Positions 1 through 9,290 of a stretch of 62,437 bases of DNA are shown piece after piece. Location: contig DASUKF010000021.1 of the NCBI GenBank assembly GCA_036278875.1, forward strand, positions 1 to 62,437. Reading direction: 5' to 3'. This DNA is from Candidatus Saccharimonadales bacterium (lineage in GTDB: Bacteria > Patescibacteriota > Saccharimonadia > Saccharimonadales > 2-12-FULL-41-12). The position numbers and the translations under genes are program-made. Every line of letters begins with the position of its first letter. Positions within the stretch are counted from its first letter, which is position 1. A model generated the notes under the pieces. The model saw only the letters and a list, made by a program, of their open reading frames with translations. It was not told where the DNA came from and made no database searches.

Positions 1-121
1 GCACTATGGTAGTCGTAGAAAATGCCGTCAAGCTGATAGGCAGTATGGTCAGCGTAGAAATATCACGCTATCATCAGACCGAATCCGGCCGGATGATATT
101 CGCAAATATAGCTAAGTAGAA

Positions 122-3100
122 CTAGTGGAACTTCTTAGTATCTGAATTACTGCCGTCGGTACCGTATATTCCGTCAGGATAAGGCGGAGAAGCCGAGCCT
201 GAGCAGTTACCGTTTGCTGCTGCTCCATGACATATTTCAGTATTATGATCATCGTTGCGATATATGGTAACCGTACCACTACCGCCGTTCCACTCGACAT
301 TTACAGAACCAGATCCTGGTGCTAAATGTGCTGCGGTAAGATGAAAATTCGATCCATTATTACCACCGCTGAAAGATACCGTCCTGCTGTCACTGGAATC
401 ATACAGAACACTGTCTATCACCTGGGCCCTTACTTCTTTGCTGCCGGATACGGCTACCCTGTATTTATAACTCTTGGTCGACGGACTGGAACTGACCGTA
501 TAGGATGCGACCTGCTTGCCATTGACGAAAAAGTTGAGCTTGCCGGGGAAATCGGCGCTGGACAAGGGATGTGTTCCTTGCCTTACCGTCGCGGTAAAGA
601 CACAGGAGTCGGTACAATTTCCGGGTGTGGTAAGTGTGACTATGGGCTTGGCGTCGCTGCAGCTGTGCACGTCGTCCTTCGCAGTGGTATTGCTTCCGTA
701 TGTGGCATAGCCGTTACCACCGTGGAAGATATCGCCTGAGAATTTGTTCGGCTGTGCATTGTACCCGGTTACGCGGGCTAGCGGCGGCGTACAGTCTGTT
801 GCCAGTTTCTTGGAAACTTTGTCTATGGTGGCCGAACTGCTGCTTCCAGGTCCTTTGTACCAGGACGGGAACAGGTCTGTAGACGGGCTGGGTTCGATAG
901 AGCCGAAGCCTACATGGTTGCGTATGACATAAGCGGGCAGCTGCTGTATGCCCTTGGGCCTGGCCCGCTCCTCTGGTTTGAGGTTTTCATGCACGGTATC
1001 CATATACTCATCCCACATCGGCTGGGTCATCGTTTCCATGGCGCCGCTCATAGCCCGGCTCCTGTTATGGTAGCCGACCCATATTCCGGTAGAATACGCC
1101 GTAGAGAAGCCCATCATCCAGCCGTCTTTGGCGTCGTTGGTCGTACCGGTCTTCATCGAGAATTTCCAGCCGTTGAAGACCTGGGACTTATGCCCAAAAT
1201 AACTTGCTCTCGGGTCGCTCATCATATCCGCCACTATGTAAGCGGCCTGAGCATTCACTACCTGCTTGCCCGGAGAGGGCTTCCACTCATCGATAGTTTT
1301 ACCCCGGGCATCTTCTATCTTAAGTATATAGGTTTGCGGTATCAGCTTGCCGTTGCGTGATATGGTGCTGTAACCGTGCACATGTTCGGCCAGTTTGAGA
1401 TATGCACCGTCGCCAATGGCCGAGGAAGAATAACAGGGCTTTTCTTTTGTCAGTGCGTCGTCGGTGTAGCATTTGTAGCCGCTCCCCACTATATCCGGAT
1501 TGCCTGTGTCTTCAAGCCCCATCTTGTCGGCGGTGCTTATGGTCTTCTTAATTCCTGCTATGAGCATGGCTTTTACCGCCGGGATGTTCCTGGAACCGCC
1601 CAGAGCATAACGCAGGGTAAGCGGTCCCGGCTGACGGAAGTCATAATCGTGCAGACAGTTGCCGGTGGTGGAGCTGTGATTGGTACAAGGATAGCCCGGT
1701 ATGGGGTCCGCCGTATCGTACAGCACCGAGCCGGCGCCGAAGTTCTTGGTATTGGCTATCAGCGAAGTATAGTCATAGGGCTTAAAGCTGGAGCCCGGCG
1801 GCAATTTCAAGTTGGCGTAATTGTTCTGGCCGTATACGGGGTTTCTGAAATCAGGCCCGCCGACCAGTGCAACCACCTGGCCCGTTTTGACATCTTCGGA
1901 TACCAGCGCCGCTACATCGCCGCCCTGAGCGCGAACTCTGTACATACCGTCGGCTATGGTCTTTTCGGCCAGCTTCTGCTTGTCCATATCAAGAGTAGTA
2001 ATAACTTTTAGCCCGCCAAGCTTGACCGTTTCGGCGCCGCGCTCTTCTATCAGTTTTTGTTTGGCGGTCAGGACGAACCACGGAGCTAAAATATTAGAGT
2101 ATTTAGTCTTTCGGGGCTTTATCTTCTTAAGCGTATTAACTTTCATAGCCTTATTTTTTTGCTGCTGGGTTATATAGCCTTGCTGCTGCATCAGGTCCAG
2201 AACATAGTGCTGGCGGTTTATAAGCGCTTTTTTGCTGTATCTTGCGCCGTAAGGCGAATATATTGAAGGCGAACGGGGAATAGCGGCCAGGAAGGCAGCC
2301 TCGTCCAGCGTCATATCCTTGGCTGATTTCTGGAAATAATCGCGTTCGGCGGCTTCAACTCCGTACTGGATATCACCGTAAGGCGCGGTGTTCAGATAAC
2401 CTGTCAATATCTGGTCCTTGCTATAGGTCCTTTCCAGCTCCACTGCCAGGATGAGTTCTTTTATCTTACGGGCATAGGTGCGGTCTTTGGTCCAGTCCTG
2501 GGTCAGCTTGACCAGCTGCTGGGTTATGGTGGAGCCTCCCTGCTGGCTGCCGTGTTCTATGTAGTTGTTGACGCCGGCGCGGATGATTCCTTTCACATCG
2601 AAACCACCGTGCTTATAGAAATCTTTATCCTCTACGGCTACGGTAGCCTCTTTCATATATTTGGATATATCCTGGGATTCTACCGGGTTGCGCTTTACGG
2701 CATCGTAATCTTCCCAGAGCAATACTTTGCCGGTACGGTCATAGTATCTGACCGAGCCGCCGATGTTATTGCCGGATATATCCTTCAGGTTCGGCAGGTC
2801 CTTGCGGAAATATGCGAAAACGCCGATAAGCAGCAGGAATACGGCCAGTATGCCTACGCCTGCCAGTTTCAGCGCCATGATGCCGCCTTCGCGGCTGAAC
2901 CAGTAGTTTGCGACTCTCTTGGGATGTAGGCGGTATAAGATACGCTTGAAACGGTTTTTTGGCAGGGTTGCCAGATAAGCCGCGCGTTTGCGCGCTTTTG
3001 AATCCCGTTTGGCCTGCCATCTGCTCTGGAAATTGCTGTGAAGCTTTATGCGGTTGCCTTTTTTTGTCACGTAATGGCTGCGTGCTCCGCCTGAAGGCTT

Positions 3101-3139
3101 TGCTATCCTTAAGCGGATTTTTTTGTTAGGGCCGGCCAT
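122..3139 (-). CDS. mrcA: Class A penicillin-binding protein (PBP1A; glycosyltransferase + transpeptidase) with a long basic N-terminal tail and a ~230 aa C-terminal extension
   Basis: 1005 aa ORF with one TM helix (ALKLAGVGILAVFLLLIGVFAYF). GT51 motifs EDKDFYKHGG, GGSTITQQLVK and RKIKELILAVELE. Transpeptidase motifs SxxK (SSFKP), SxN (GSRN) and KTG (KTGTT). Confidence 0.93.
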   Translation of the reverse strand: MAGPNKKIRLRIAKPSGGARSHYVTKKGNRIKLHSNFQSRWQAKRDSKARKRAAYLATLPKNRFKRILYRLHPKRVANYWFSREGGIMALKLAGVGILAVFLLLIGVFAYFRKDLPNLKDISGNNIGGSVRYYDRTGKVLLWEDYDAVKRNPVESQDISKYMKEATVAVEDKDFYKHGGFDVKGIIRAGVNNYIEHGSQQGGSTITQQLVKLTQDWTKDRTYARKIKELILAVELERTYSKDQILTGYLNTAPYGDIQYGVEAAERDYFQKSAKDMTLDEAAFLAAIPRSPSIYSPYGARYSKKALINRQHYVLDLMQQQGYITQQQKNKAMKVNTLKKIKPRKTKYSNILAPWFVLTAKQKLIEERGAETVKLGGLKVITTLDMDKQKLAEKTIADGMYRVRAQGGDVAALVSEDVKTGQVVALVGGPDFRNPVYGQNNYANLKLPPGSSFKPYDYTSLIANTKNFGAGSVLYDTADPIPGYPCTNHSSTTGNCLHDYDFRQPGPLTLRYALGGSRNIPAVKAMLIAGIKKTISTADKMGLEDTGNPDIVGSGYKCYTDDALTKEKPCYSSSAIGDGAYLKLAEHVHGYSTISRNGKLIPQTYILKIEDARGKTIDEWKPSPGKQVVNAQAAYIVADMMSDPRASYFGHKSQVFNGWKFSMKTGTTNDAKDGWMMGFSTAYSTGIWVGYHNRSRAMSGAMETMTQPMWDEYMDTVHENLKPEERARPKGIQQLPAYVIRNHVGFGSIEPSPSTDLFPSWYKGPGSSSSATIDKVSKKLATDCTPPLARVTGYNAQPNKFSGDIFHGGNGYATYGSNTTAKDDVHSCSDAKPIVTLTTPGNCTDSCVFTATVRQGTHPLSSADFPGKLNFFVNGKQVASYTVSSSPSTKSYKYRVAVSGSKEVRAQVIDSVLYDSSDSRTVSFSGGNNGSNFHLTAAHLAPGSGSVNVEWNGGSGTVTIYRNDDHNTEICHGAAANGNCSGSASPPYPDGIYGTDGSNSDTKKFH

Positions 3140-3232
3140 GTTAGTATCAATAACTCCTTAGGATCAGTAAGATTTATGTAAGATTTGCTACTCATTATAG
3201 CATTTTTGATTCATCACAACATCGATTTTAGT

Positions 3233-3238
3233 TATACT
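3233..3238 (+). promoter_or_regulatory. Candidate -10 box (TATACT) for tyrS, 7 nt before the ATG (leaderless configuration)
   Basis: TATACT is followed by atccagc and then ATG at 3246. No SD lies between them. The -35 is weak (TTCATC). Confidence 0.35.
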
Positions 3239-3245
3239 ATCCAGC

Positions 3246-4499
3246 ATGCATACAGCTCTTTCTCAGGAACTGAAGTGGCGGGGCTTCTCGTATCAGACTA
3301 CATTTGACGATATATCAGAAGTGGATAAGAAAAAATTCACGTTTTATTGGGGGGTTGACCCCAGCTCGGATTCCATGACTATAGGCAACCTGGCCACAGC
3401 CATGATGGTGCGGTATTTCATCGCCCACGGGCACCACGCGGTACTGCTGGTAGGCGGCGCGACCGGCCTGATAGGCGATCCCGACGGCAAGAGCAAGGAA
3501 CGGGAACTTCTTAACCCTGAGCAGCTTAAAAAGAATTCCGAAGCCATAACCAGGCAATATAAAAGGATATTCAAGGGGCTGGAGTTCGAGATAGTCGACA
3601 ATCAACAGTGGTTCAAAGACATAAAATACATCGACTTCCTGCGCGATATAGGCAAGAACGTGCCGATGCGCCAGATGCTGGGGCGCGAGTTCGTGCAGTC
3701 CAGATTGGGCGAGGACAGTAACGGCATAAGCTATGGGGAATTCAGCTATTCGCTTATACAGGGCTATGATTTTCTGCATCTTTTCAGGACTAAGGGTGTA
3801 ACTCTGCAGGTCTGCGGCTCAGACCAGTGGGGCAACAGCATAGCCGGCGTGGAGATGATAAGAAGGATAGAAGGCAAAGAAGCCCATATCTGGTCCGCTC
3901 CGCTGGTAGTAAACAAATCTACGGGGGCAAAGTTCGGCAAGACCGAAGAAGGCGCCGTCTGGCTGGATGGTGCAAAGACCAGTCCCTATGATTTTTATCA
4001 GTTCTGGCTCAATGTAGAGGATGAGAACGTCGAAGATTATCTGAAGATATACACGCTCCTTAGCAAAGAAGAAATAGAAGCGGTCATTGGTGAGTTTCAA
4101 AAAGAACCGGGACAGAGAAAAGCCCAGAAAACGTTAGCCCGTGAAGTTACCCGGCTTGTGCATGGAGAGGAAGAAACCGAATCCGTAGAGCGGATAACCG
4201 CCTGCCTGTTCGGCTCGTCAGATTATTCCGGGCTCACGGCTAAAGATATCGCTACGATGAAACAGATGCTGCCGTCACACGAGGCAAAAGCCGGCGAAAG
4301 TCTGATCCAGGCTTTGGTTTCTACCGGACTGGTCAGCTCGGGCAGTGAAGCCAGGCGCATGTTCGCTCAGAACGCCATAACGCTCAACGGCAAGCCGGCC
4401 GATGAAAACTACACGCTCAAGGAATCCGACGCACTCGCCGCCGGCCACACTATTGTCAGAAAAGGCAAGAACAAGTACGCCATAGTCGAAATTAAATAA
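3246..4499 (+). CDS. tyrS: Tyrosyl-tRNA synthetase
   Basis: 417 aa. It has a HIGH-like region DPSSDSMTIGNL, a KMSKS-like KFGKT and a C-terminal S4-like RNA-binding domain. Length and layout are typical of bacterial TyrRS. Confidence 0.9.
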   Translation: MHTALSQELKWRGFSYQTTFDDISEVDKKKFTFYWGVDPSSDSMTIGNLATAMMVRYFIAHGHHAVLLVGGATGLIGDPDGKSKERELLNPEQLKKNSEAITRQYKRIFKGLEFEIVDNQQWFKDIKYIDFLRDIGKNVPMRQMLGREFVQSRLGEDSNGISYGEFSYSLIQGYDFLHLFRTKGVTLQVCGSDQWGNSIAGVEMIRRIEGKEAHIWSAPLVVNKSTGAKFGKTEEGAVWLDGAKTSPYDFYQFWLNVEDENVEDYLKIYTLLSKEEIEAVIGEFQKEPGQRKAQKTLAREVTRLVHGEEETESVERITACLFGSSDYSGLTAKDIATMKQMLPSHEAKAGESLIQALVSTGLVSSGSEARRMFAQNAITLNGKPADENYTLKESDALAAGHTIVRKGKNKYAIVEIK

Positions 4500-4531
4500 A
4501 TATTGTATAATTAACTATATAACTATGAGGA

Positions 4532-4942
4532 ATGTACGTGGCGGCAGAAGGCAAGATTGAAGAAGCCCCAAGGATACTGCGGTCTTCTTCCCGCGAGGGT
4601 GTTTTTTGGACATCTGTCGCGGTTGTAGGGGTTGGCCTTACGGCTCTAATAGGCGCGCTTTACGGCTATGACAACTATTCTTTTAGCCATTCAGAACTGG
4701 AGGGATTCTCCCTACCGGCAAAGACAAGAGAGTTGAAATCCACGCAGTACGGAACTTTAAAGTTTGTGGTTCCACGGTCTGAAGCAGCAGAACTTGTCTG
4801 TGGAAAATATAACCGAGCTTTAAATACGGATATAGATTTTGATAATGATATAACCCTTATAGATGCGCAAAGTTCAATAGTCAGCTGTATCCCCGACCAC
4901 AGCACTGAATCCTTATTCGGGCAGACTCCCGCTCTGCCGTAA
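4532..4942 (+). CDS. Hypothetical membrane-anchored protein (N-terminal TM helix)
   Basis: 136 aa ORF with hydrophobic segment VFWTSVAVVGVGLTALIGALYGY. GAGGA lies upstream, so GTG at 4538 is an alternative start. No recognisable family. Confidence 0.5.
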   Translation: MYVAAEGKIEEAPRILRSSSREGVFWTSVAVVGVGLTALIGALYGYDNYSFSHSELEGFSLPAKTRELKSTQYGTLKFVVPRSEAAELVCGKYNRALNTDIDFDNDITLIDAQSSIVSCIPDHSTESLFGQTPALP

Positions 4943-4956
4943 ATAGATACCCTGTC

Positions 4957-4962
4957 TATAAT
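4957..4962 (+). promoter_or_regulatory. Candidate -10 box (TATAAT) for recG, 6 nt before the ATG
   Basis: Perfect TATAAT is followed by atagct and then ATG at 4969. No SD. Confidence 0.4.
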
Positions 4963-4968
4963 ATAGCT

Positions 4969-6999
4969 ATGGATGAGAGTATAGCCGACATAAAAGGCGT
5001 GGGTGAGGGCACTGCCAAAAAGTTAGCTAATATAGGCATACATACCAAGGAAGATTTGATATGGAATTTTCCGCGCAAGTACGAAGATTACTCCGCGCTT
5101 ACACCTATAAATAAGCTCAGGCCAGGCCAGGTCACGATAAAAGCCACGATAAAACAGGCGGTTGGCCGCTACGTGCGCAGGGGCATGCATATAACCGAGG
5201 CCGTAGCCAGCGACAAAACCGACAGCGTACGTCTGGTCTGGTTTAACCAGCCATACCGTGCCAAAGGGCTGAAGATAGGCCGGGAATATTATATTTCCGG
5301 CAACTACGAGCTCGGCCGTGGGCGCTTCGCTATCATGAACCCGGGCGCCGAACTGGTCAGCAATTTTCAGGTCAATACCGCGCGTATAATACCTATTTAC
5401 AGGGAAACCAAAGGCCTGCGCTCCGCTGCCATCAGAAAAATCATGGCCGGTATCATGGACGATATCCGGCTTATCGATGAAGGATTGCCGGATTATATAG
5501 TGAAGGATCAGGAACTGGTAAGCCGGGCAGAAGCCTTGCTGGGTATACATTTCCCGGCCAAAGTTGACGATATATCACGCGCTAAAAAACGTTTGGCCTT
5601 CGAAGAAGTTTTCACGCTTGTCTTAACCTCGCTTATCAATAAGAACGAAAATATGCGCGCCAAGGCGCTTAAAGTGCCTTTCAACGAAAAACTTGCCAAA
5701 GAATTCGTGAGCAAACTTCCGTATAAGCTCACCAATGCCCAGCGCAAGGTAACCTGGCAGATTTATAAGGATATAGAAAAGGATATCCCGGCCAACCGGT
5801 TAATCCAGGGCGATGTTGGTGCGGGCAAGACCGTGGTTGCTGCCATGGCCGCACTCATGGCGATGAGCGAAGGCTTCCAGGTGGCCCTTATGGCACCGAC
5901 CGAGATACTGGCGCGTCAGCATGCCAAGACCTTGTCAGAAATGTTCAAGCCTTTGGGATTAAGCGATAGGATAGTCCTGCTTTTAGGTTCAATGAAAGCC
6001 GCCCAAAAACGAAACGCCCACAAAAGCATAAATGAAGGCAGGGCGGAACTTATCATAGGCACCCATGCCCTTATCAGCGAGAAGGTTGATATGCATAAGC
6101 TCGGGCTGGCAATCATCGATGAACAGCACCGTTTCGGCGTGCAGCAGCGCAAGGAACTTCTCAAGAAAGCCGGACATATTCCCCATCTTATATCTATGAC
6201 TGCTACGCCGATTCCCCGCTCGCTGGCCCTCACGGTTTACGGCGAACTTGATATATCCGCACTGGATGAAATGCCACCGGGTCGCAAACCGCCCAAAACC
6301 AAGATAGTTTCGCCGAATTCCAAGAAGCAACTGTATAAGGCCATAGATAAGGAGCTGGAAAGCGGCCGCCAGATGTTCGTCGTCTGCCCGCTTATAAGCG
6401 AGTCCGACAATCTGAACTTTCTTTCCGCGGAAGAGGTTTATGAGGAACTCTCAAAGAAAATATTCCCCCACCGCAAGACGGCTTTGCTGCATGGCAGGAT
6501 GAAGACGGAAGAAAAAGAAAAGATAATGAACGATTTCGTGTCCGGCAAAATCGATATTCTGGTTTCAACTACGGTTATTGAGGTAGGAGTTGATGTTCCG
6601 AACGCCACGATAATGCTTATTGAAGGCGTAGAAAGGTTCGGCTTGGCCCAGATACACCAGCTGCGCGGGCGTATAGGCCGCGGAGAACATCAGGGATATT
6701 GCTATCTGCTCATGAGCGACAGTTCGGCGCCTTCCAGACGCTTGCGGGCGTTGGAACAGACGAATGACGGGTTCAGGCTGGCCGAATTGGATTTGGAGCT
6801 GCGCGGACCTGGAGCCATCTACGGCCTTACCCAGCACGGCGAGCTGGACCTGCGGCTGGCCGATATCAGCGATACCAGGTTCATAGCAACCGTGCGCTCA
6901 AGTGCGCAGGAGTTCATTGACAAGGGCGAAAAGCTGTCCGATTATCCGTGGCTGGAAGAGGAAGTGCACAAAAACCGCCTGATTACGACCCTTAATTGA
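4969..6999 (+). CDS. recG: ATP-dependent DNA helicase RecG
   Basis: 676 aa. N-terminal wedge/OB region, Walker A GDVGAGKT, DEQH box (IIDEQHRFG), TATPIPR and QLRGRIGRG. Confidence 0.93.
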   Translation: MDESIADIKGVGEGTAKKLANIGIHTKEDLIWNFPRKYEDYSALTPINKLRPGQVTIKATIKQAVGRYVRRGMHITEAVASDKTDSVRLVWFNQPYRAKGLKIGREYYISGNYELGRGRFAIMNPGAELVSNFQVNTARIIPIYRETKGLRSAAIRKIMAGIMDDIRLIDEGLPDYIVKDQELVSRAEALLGIHFPAKVDDISRAKKRLAFEEVFTLVLTSLINKNENMRAKALKVPFNEKLAKEFVSKLPYKLTNAQRKVTWQIYKDIEKDIPANRLIQGDVGAGKTVVAAMAALMAMSEGFQVALMAPTEILARQHAKTLSEMFKPLGLSDRIVLLLGSMKAAQKRNAHKSINEGRAELIIGTHALISEKVDMHKLGLAIIDEQHRFGVQQRKELLKKAGHIPHLISMTATPIPRSLALTVYGELDISALDEMPPGRKPPKTKIVSPNSKKQLYKAIDKELESGRQMFVVCPLISESDNLNFLSAEEVYEELSKKIFPHRKTALLHGRMKTEEKEKIMNDFVSGKIDILVSTTVIEVGVDVPNATIMLIEGVERFGLAQIHQLRGRIGRGEHQGYCYLLMSDSSAPSRRLRALEQTNDGFRLAELDLELRGPGAIYGLTQHGELDLRLADISDTRFIATVRSSAQEFIDKGEKLSDYPWLEEEVHKNRLITTLN

Positions 7000-7031
7000 T
7001 TTTTTATCTAAAATATTGTAATCTAACTAAA

Positions 7032-7736
7032 ATGGCTAACTATCCATATTTGGAAAGATGTGCTGAGGCTGTAGCTCAATTAGGACACCGCACGCAAGAT
7101 CTGGCTTCGCGCAAGCCGGGCAAGCGCTTGGGCGCCAGCGACAACTACAGGGTGCAGAGCATAGGCGAGGGCGTTACCGGAATATACCCCAGCCTGGCCT
7201 TGACTATGCTGGGTTCTATAGCCGTTCCGGTTTCTCAGCACCTGGCACTTAAAATGCCGCGGCGCGACAGTGGGCCCCTGGAAAGGTTAATATACGAGGT
7301 TGCCGCAATCGATGAGATTACCAGAAGAGCGCCTAAACTTGCCGAAAAAATGCCGGCATTCATGGGGCTACTGGCGGTGGACGGCGCCGATAGACCGCTG
7401 GCTATCATCACTGAAGATGCTACCAGGTGCGGCAGTTTGCCTATAGAGCCGATGCCCGCAAGTCCGCAGTCGGTGCACGAGCTAAAAAGCGGTTTTGGTA
7501 AAGAAGCTGAAGAAGCAGTGGGGGAAATTGAGCTGGAGAATTCCGTAGCTTTCGATGTGGGCGGCACTGAGAGATGGCTCGATTTCACACCGTCGCCGGT
7601 TTATGCAGCTGCCAGTCTTAGCGACCCGATAACCGTAGTAAAGAATGAGGTAAGAAGCCGACAGAATGAACTTACGGTGCTTATACCCGATGATTCCGTT
7701 TTGGCTGAGGCCGTAAGCTGTATAGTAAAAGTATGA
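7032..7736 (+). CDS. Hypothetical protein, stop overlaps the rsmD start (ATGA)
   Basis: Open frame 6996-7736. ATG at 7032 is preceded by TAATCT (7019-7024), and TTG at 6996 is the alternative start. No recognisable motifs. No competing long ORF. Confidence 0.55.
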   Translation: MANYPYLERCAEAVAQLGHRTQDLASRKPGKRLGASDNYRVQSIGEGVTGIYPSLALTMLGSIAVPVSQHLALKMPRRDSGPLERLIYEVAAIDEITRRAPKLAEKMPAFMGLLAVDGADRPLAIITEDATRCGSLPIEPMPASPQSVHELKSGFGKEAEEAVGEIELENSVAFDVGGTERWLDFTPSPVYAAASLSDPITVVKNEVRSRQNELTVLIPDDSVLAEAVSCIVKV

Positions 7737-8263
7737 GAATAATCGCCGGCAGCCTGGGTGGCAGGCAGTTCGACGCGCCGAAAGGCCGCAGGACACATCC
7801 GATGAGCGAGAAGGCCCGCGGCGGACTGTTTTCCGCTCTGGGCGATATTGAAGGCCTGAGTATTCTGGACGCTTTCGGCGGCAGTGGCGCTATTTCCTTC
7901 GAGGCTGTAAGCCGCGGAGCGAAACATGCCATAGCGATAGATATTGATAAGAATGCCGTTAATACTATTGCCGGTAATGCTAAGAAGCTTGATATTAAGG
8001 ATAAAATCAAAGCTATCAGGGCTAATTCATCCGGCTGGAGCGATAACAACCCCGATGCCCGGTTCGGCATTATCATCTGCGACCCGCCGTTCGAGCAGAT
8101 AAAGATAAATATTATTCAAAAACTTGCCGGTCATCTTGCGGATAACGGCATATTCATAGCCAATATCCCCGGCTCGCTTGAGCCGTTCGAGCTGCAGCTG
8201 CTGGAAATAGTCAAAACCAAAAATTACGGCGACACCACACTGGTGTTTTATAAACCTATCTGA
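7733..8263 (+). CDS. rsmD: 16S rRNA (guanine966-N2)-methyltransferase RsmD
   Basis: 176 aa. MRIIAGSLGGR N-terminus, SAM motif LDAFGGSGAISFEAVSRGA and catalytic DPPF. Confidence 0.85.
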   Translation: MRIIAGSLGGRQFDAPKGRRTHPMSEKARGGLFSALGDIEGLSILDAFGGSGAISFEAVSRGAKHAIAIDIDKNAVNTIAGNAKKLDIKDKIKAIRANSSGWSDNNPDARFGIIICDPPFEQIKINIIQKLAGHLADNGIFIANIPGSLEPFELQLLEIVKTKNYGDTTLVFYKPI

Positions 8264-9221
8264 TTTTCTGCAGGCGGCGCATAAGGGGCAATGAGGCCCG
8301 GTAGGCTCTGTAACGGCCAGGATTCACAGGTAGATGCCAAGTGCCGCCAAGGGCAATATCTTCGCCGCCGAACTTGCGTTTGAAGGTGGAAAATCCTGCC
8401 CAGGGGTGGCTTGTCGGCGCGCCGGGCGGCGCTACGCCGAACAGGTCGAACCATCTTACACCCCGCCCTAAGGCATTTTGCATCGCCTGCCATACCAGGA
8501 CCGTGCCTGCCTCCGCTTTGCGGGCCTCCGGATGAGAGCCTGCATAGGCATAGTGGCCGACCTTGCCGCTTTGCAGGATGATTGCGCCGGCAACCGGCTT
8601 TTTCTCATAATAGGCAAGTTCTAAAAAAGCCGCGCCTTTCGGCATGAGTATTTCGGCCTGTTTTTTAAAATAATCGGCGTTATGCAGGCTGATTTTTTTA
8701 CGGCTGGCAACTTCGCCGAGCATATCGGTGAACAGCTTTATATCCTTCGGCTCGGTCGATGTGCGGAAGCTGAGTCCGCGTTTTTCGGCCCGGTTGATAA
8801 GGTTGCGGAATGTCGCTGACAGCGCGCTCCACCGTTTGGCTTCGGCCAGACTCAGGTCATTGACCACCGTATATGCGGGATTATAGGCTTTTCCGGCTTT
8901 TTTAAGCCCCAGTTTCCTTGCGTTATAGTATAGTCCGTTTCCGAACGGCTCTACGCTCACCCACGACAAACTTCTCCTTTTAGCTTCAGTCCTTATCGTG
9001 CCCAAAGCTTCGGGCAAAACATCCTTATCTTTCAGGAACGGTCCGTAAGGAGTCAGCCAATAATCGCCCAGTTTGGTAGACTGTCTTATCAGCAGGCAGG
9101 ACCAGCCCTTGCCTTTCAGCCGGACTGCGTCTTTGCCCAGGGCTTTTTGGAACTCCGCCCATTCGTCCGTCTGGGTTATAGGGCAGGAGCTAAGAAACTT
9201 ATGTTCGCTAGAAGAAAGCAT
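8256..9221 (-). CDS. FemAB-family peptidyltransferase (peptidoglycan interpeptide bridge formation, FemX-like)
   Basis: 321 aa. N-terminal QTDEWAEFQKALG...YWLTPYGP and C-terminal YAYAGS...WFDLFGV...FSTFKRKFGG match the FemAB family pattern. Confidence 0.8.
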   Translation of the reverse strand: MLSSSEHKFLSSCPITQTDEWAEFQKALGKDAVRLKGKGWSCLLIRQSTKLGDYWLTPYGPFLKDKDVLPEALGTIRTEAKRRSLSWVSVEPFGNGLYYNARKLGLKKAGKAYNPAYTVVNDLSLAEAKRWSALSATFRNLINRAEKRGLSFRTSTEPKDIKLFTDMLGEVASRKKISLHNADYFKKQAEILMPKGAAFLELAYYEKKPVAGAIILQSGKVGHYAYAGSHPEARKAEAGTVLVWQAMQNALGRGVRWFDLFGVAPPGAPTSHPWAGFSTFKRKFGGEDIALGGTWHLPVNPGRYRAYRASLPLMRRLQKIR

Positions 9222-9290
9222 CGGATTAATTGTATCAAAAACAACTTTTCTTGACTTTTAGTGAAAAAATTATAAAAATGATAAACCAGT

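Noticed and set aside
1-121. The window edge contains an imperfect direct repeat (TATGGTnnnCGTAGAAA at about 5-21 and 44-60) and an inverted repeat TATCATC...GATGATA (69-98) with an inner palindrome ATCCGGCCGGAT (83-94). This could be a terminator for mrcA, or the 3' end of a truncated upstream gene.
   Set aside because: No U tract follows the hairpin on the minus strand. The region is truncated by the window edge, so neither a gene nor a terminator can be supported.
1376-2011. 211 aa plus-strand ORF, and other plus-strand ORFs between 326 and 2929.
   Set aside because: They are antisense to the PBP1A gene, whose frame contains all the GT51 and transpeptidase motifs.
3140-3245. T-box riboswitch leaders upstream of tyrS, hisS (11374-11623) and trpS (57125-57143).
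   Set aside because: The spacers are too short (tyrS about 100 nt, trpS 19 nt). None contains the conserved T-box sequence (…GGUGGUACCGCG…) or a specifier-loop architecture. The hisS leader is better explained by a leader-peptide attenuator.
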